NCBI GenBank assembly: GCA_031423495.1
Contig: JANPFP010000001.1
Span: 32,030 to 96,029 of the forward strand
DNA: 64,000 nt
Direction: 5' to 3'
From: Acidobacteriota bacterium
Lineage (GTDB): Bacteria; Acidobacteriota; Blastocatellia; RBC074
In this document: positions 62,313 to 64,000 of the stretch, one piece after another
How the letters are laid out: each line of letters starts with the position of its first letter
Position numbering within the stretch: the first letter of the stretch is position 1
Notes under the pieces: generated by a model
What the model was told of the DNA's origin: nothing
Databases searched by the model: none
The model's input: the letters and a program-made list of their open reading frames with translations, nothing else
Program-made: the position numbers and the translations under genes

Positions 62313-63110
62313 TCAACGTAGGTTCAGCTTTTGGCGCAAGGCATCGCGCGCTTTGACACCTTGCTGATAGGCGTTATCGGATTGCTTGCGTACGTTCGTT
62401 AAATCAAACGTATGCCAATTAATTTTTGCTTCGACCAATTGCCGCTCCGCCGTTTGCAGCGCAGCGCTTTCAGCTTCGTGCGGCAAATGGCGCTGTTCGG
62501 TTTGCGCCAACAATAGGTTCGCCCATAACACGACGGCGTTCGCGCGTTGCAACGCCGTCATGGTTTCAGCCGCTTGTTTGGGGATTTCAGGACGTGGCTG
62601 CAAGTAATTCAACGCGTCATGGCAACGCGCGCAGAGGTTGGCGGTTTCGTTGGGCGCGGTAATCACTTGCGTAGCCATATGCGCGTGGCAGGTGTTGCAA
62701 CTCGCCCCGATGCCGATTCCTTTCAGGTTTTGATAATGCTTGCTCTGAACAAAAGCCTTGACGATGTTCTGATGACAAGATGCGCACGTGGCGGGCTGGT
62801 TGCGGTAATGCAAGCGGCTGTCAGCGTGTGACGACGGGCGCATGCCGTAATGAGTTTTTTTCAGGTCGCGCGTCGTCGGATCGCCGCCGTGACATTTGTC
62901 GCACGTGACGCCTTTGGCTTGATGCCGCGAGAGTTGCCATTCATAAAAACGCGCGCTCAGTTGCAACGGCTCCTGCAATCCGCCGTGGCAACTGACGCAG
63001 GTGTTTTCGTCCGTCCAGGTTTGTTGAGCTTGTGGCGGACTGCTTGTCGTTGGCCAGCTCAAAACGCCACAAAAGCCTAATAACAGCCCTAATCGCCAGC
63101 GTCTTCGCAT
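62313..63110 (-). CDS. pentaheme c-type cytochrome (paralog of 52328..53137)
   Basis: CVSCH, CDKCH, CASCH, CNTCH, CARCH; signal peptide MRRRWRLGLLLGFCGVLSW; RBS gaggag. Confidence 0.8.
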   Translation of the reverse strand: MRRRWRLGLLLGFCGVLSWPTTSSPPQAQQTWTDENTCVSCHGGLQEPLQLSARFYEWQLSRHQAKGVTCDKCHGGDPTTRDLKKTHYGMRPSSHADSRLHYRNQPATCASCHQNIVKAFVQSKHYQNLKGIGIGASCNTCHAHMATQVITAPNETANLCARCHDALNYLQPRPEIPKQAAETMTALQRANAVVLWANLLLAQTEQRHLPHEAESAALQTAERQLVEAKINWHTFDLTNVRKQSDNAYQQGVKARDALRQKLNLR

Positions 63111-63132
63111 AAGATTACTCCTCAGAAAAAGT

Positions 63133-63159
63133 GTAGGGCAGATTCCCAACCTGCCCTAC
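63133..63159. repeat. palindromic element GTAGGGCAGaTT-ccc-AACCTGCCCTAC, copy 3, immediately upstream (minus strand) of the pentaheme cytochrome RBS
   Basis: 11-bp perfect arms gtgtagggcag / ctgccctacac. Confidence 0.6.
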
Positions 63160-63179
63160 ACTTTCGATCCATTCAGTCG

Positions 63180-63353
63180 CTATGCGAGGTGGCGCGCTTC
63201 GTGCCAGGCCAGATCGCATTCCTCGTGTCCGCAATGACAAGTCACATCGGGCAGGTTCGCGGCGTAGCGGCAAAAGTCGCTGCAATACTCGCCATCGAAT
63301 TCCGCCAGACAGTGGCACGTCGGATGGGCGCATACATCGGTTGGTTCAGTCAT
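63180..63353 (-). CDS. 57-aa Cys/His-rich metallothionein-like protein (below the 60-aa track cutoff)
   Basis: MTEPTDVCAHPTCHCLAEFDGEYCSDFCRYAANLPDVTCHCGHEECDLAWHEARHLA: 8 Cys, 6 His; YCSDFC resembles YCSEAC of the bacterial SmtA/BmtA family; TAATG coupling with the upstream gene. Confidence 0.5.
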   Translation of the reverse strand: MTEPTDVCAHPTCHCLAEFDGEYCSDFCRYAANLPDVTCHCGHEECDLAWHEARHLA

Positions 63354-63805
63354 TATGATTTTCGCTCCTCATCGCGCTGCCACCAGACGTGCGCGAGTTT
63401 GTTTTCGTGCGAAAAATCGTAGCGCGTCTTGCCGCTGAAAGCCTTTTCCAGCGCATGTCCCAGTCGTTGTGCCAGATGTTCGGTCGTCGTTGTGACGATC
63501 AGTTCGTTATCCTCGCCCTCTTCCCAATTCATAATGCGCGCGAGCGGATTGTCTTCGGCGGCGCGTTCGGCTTCGTTGGCGAGCAGGCGTTCGATTTCTT
63601 CGTAATGCTTGACGAGAAAGCCGCCCGAAAGATGTACGTAACCGTTCGGCACTGCGCCTCGAATCGCCTGACATGCCGGACAAACCACCGTCACCGGCGG
63701 GCGAAAATGCGGGTGCTTCTTGCTTTGGCTGTCGGGGTTGGGCCGCGACCAGCGGCGGTCGGCGTAAACATTCCCGCAATCGGCACACACTGCCGGTTCG
63801 CTCAT
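63353..63805 (-). CDS. zinc-ribbon protein (two CxxC pairs; NMD3-like N-terminal zinc ribbon?)
   Basis: VCADCGNV...VVCPACQAI; start MSEPAV. Confidence 0.45.
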   Translation of the reverse strand: MSEPAVCADCGNVYADRRWSRPNPDSQSKKHPHFRPPVTVVCPACQAIRGAVPNGYVHLSGGFLVKHYEEIERLLANEAERAAEDNPLARIMNWEEGEDNELIVTTTTEHLAQRLGHALEKAFSGKTRYDFSHENKLAHVWWQRDEERKS

Positions 63806-64000
63806 AGCGCGGCGCGTATGGTGGCGTCCGGCCTCGTGGTCTACGCGCTTGGTAAATGTTTGATTGCTGTAACATTTCTTCGTCTGCATAAAATCCTTTG
63901 CGTGGTGATACCTCAAAAGGCAAAACGAACGACAGAGCGACGACGATCATCCTCCCAGCAAACGCCGTTTCACATTCCTTCTCGCGGTTCGTCCCTCACA

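Overview
This is a high-GC (~60%), gene-dense chromosomal window, and the gene content (sigma-54 regulators, many universal stress proteins, multiheme cytochromes, sigma-54 promoters) points to an Acidobacteriota-like or related soil/sediment bacterium; that assignment is an inference, not a database result. It holds about 65 protein-coding genes, no rRNA, tRNA or CRISPR array that I could recognise, and several classes of non-coding repeat.

The window reads like a stress, anaerobiosis and dormancy island. It contains seven universal stress protein (USP) genes, five of them tandem-domain, two Hsp20 genes, OsmC, a rubrerythrin-like protein, a pyruvate:ferredoxin oxidoreductase (PFOR) with a DHOD-like protein, a PNPOx-like and a deazaflavin-type nitroreductase, a DksA/TraR protein, a GCL2-CBS protein, a P-type ATPase and an RND efflux operon.

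Two things stand out. First, at 52.3-58.0 kb there is a gene cluster with the architecture of the MtoAB/PioAB/MtrAB porin-cytochrome extracellular electron transfer module: a pentaheme cytochrome, a 10-heme MtrA-like cytochrome, a ~713-aa MtrB/PioB-sized outer-membrane beta-barrel, a monoheme cytochrome c, and a NapC/NirT (CymA-like) quinol dehydrogenase. It is preceded by good sigma-54 (-24/-12) promoter matches. Second, at least ten near-consensus sigma-54 promoters (GG-N10-GC with TTGC at -12) sit upstream of USP, Hsp20, rubrerythrin, cytochrome, P-type ATPase and a small-membrane-protein operon, and an NtrC-family sigma-54 activator with a histidine kinase sits at the window start. This looks like a dispersed sigma-54 stress regulon.

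Other notable items are a conserved palindrome family (GTAGGGCAGGTT..AACCTGCCCTAC, three copies), two AT-rich elements built from 9-mer iterons in inverted orientation next to USP genes, a PIN toxin-antitoxin cassette inserted at the 3' end of a Cys-type formate dehydrogenase gene with a duplicated fdh tail, a frameshifted L,D-transpeptidase, an acyl-CoA ligase remnant, and an unlisted 57-aa metallothionein-like ORF. My hand-derived coordinates for small motifs may be off by 1-2 nt, and one CDS end (31952) is rounded to the ORF track.
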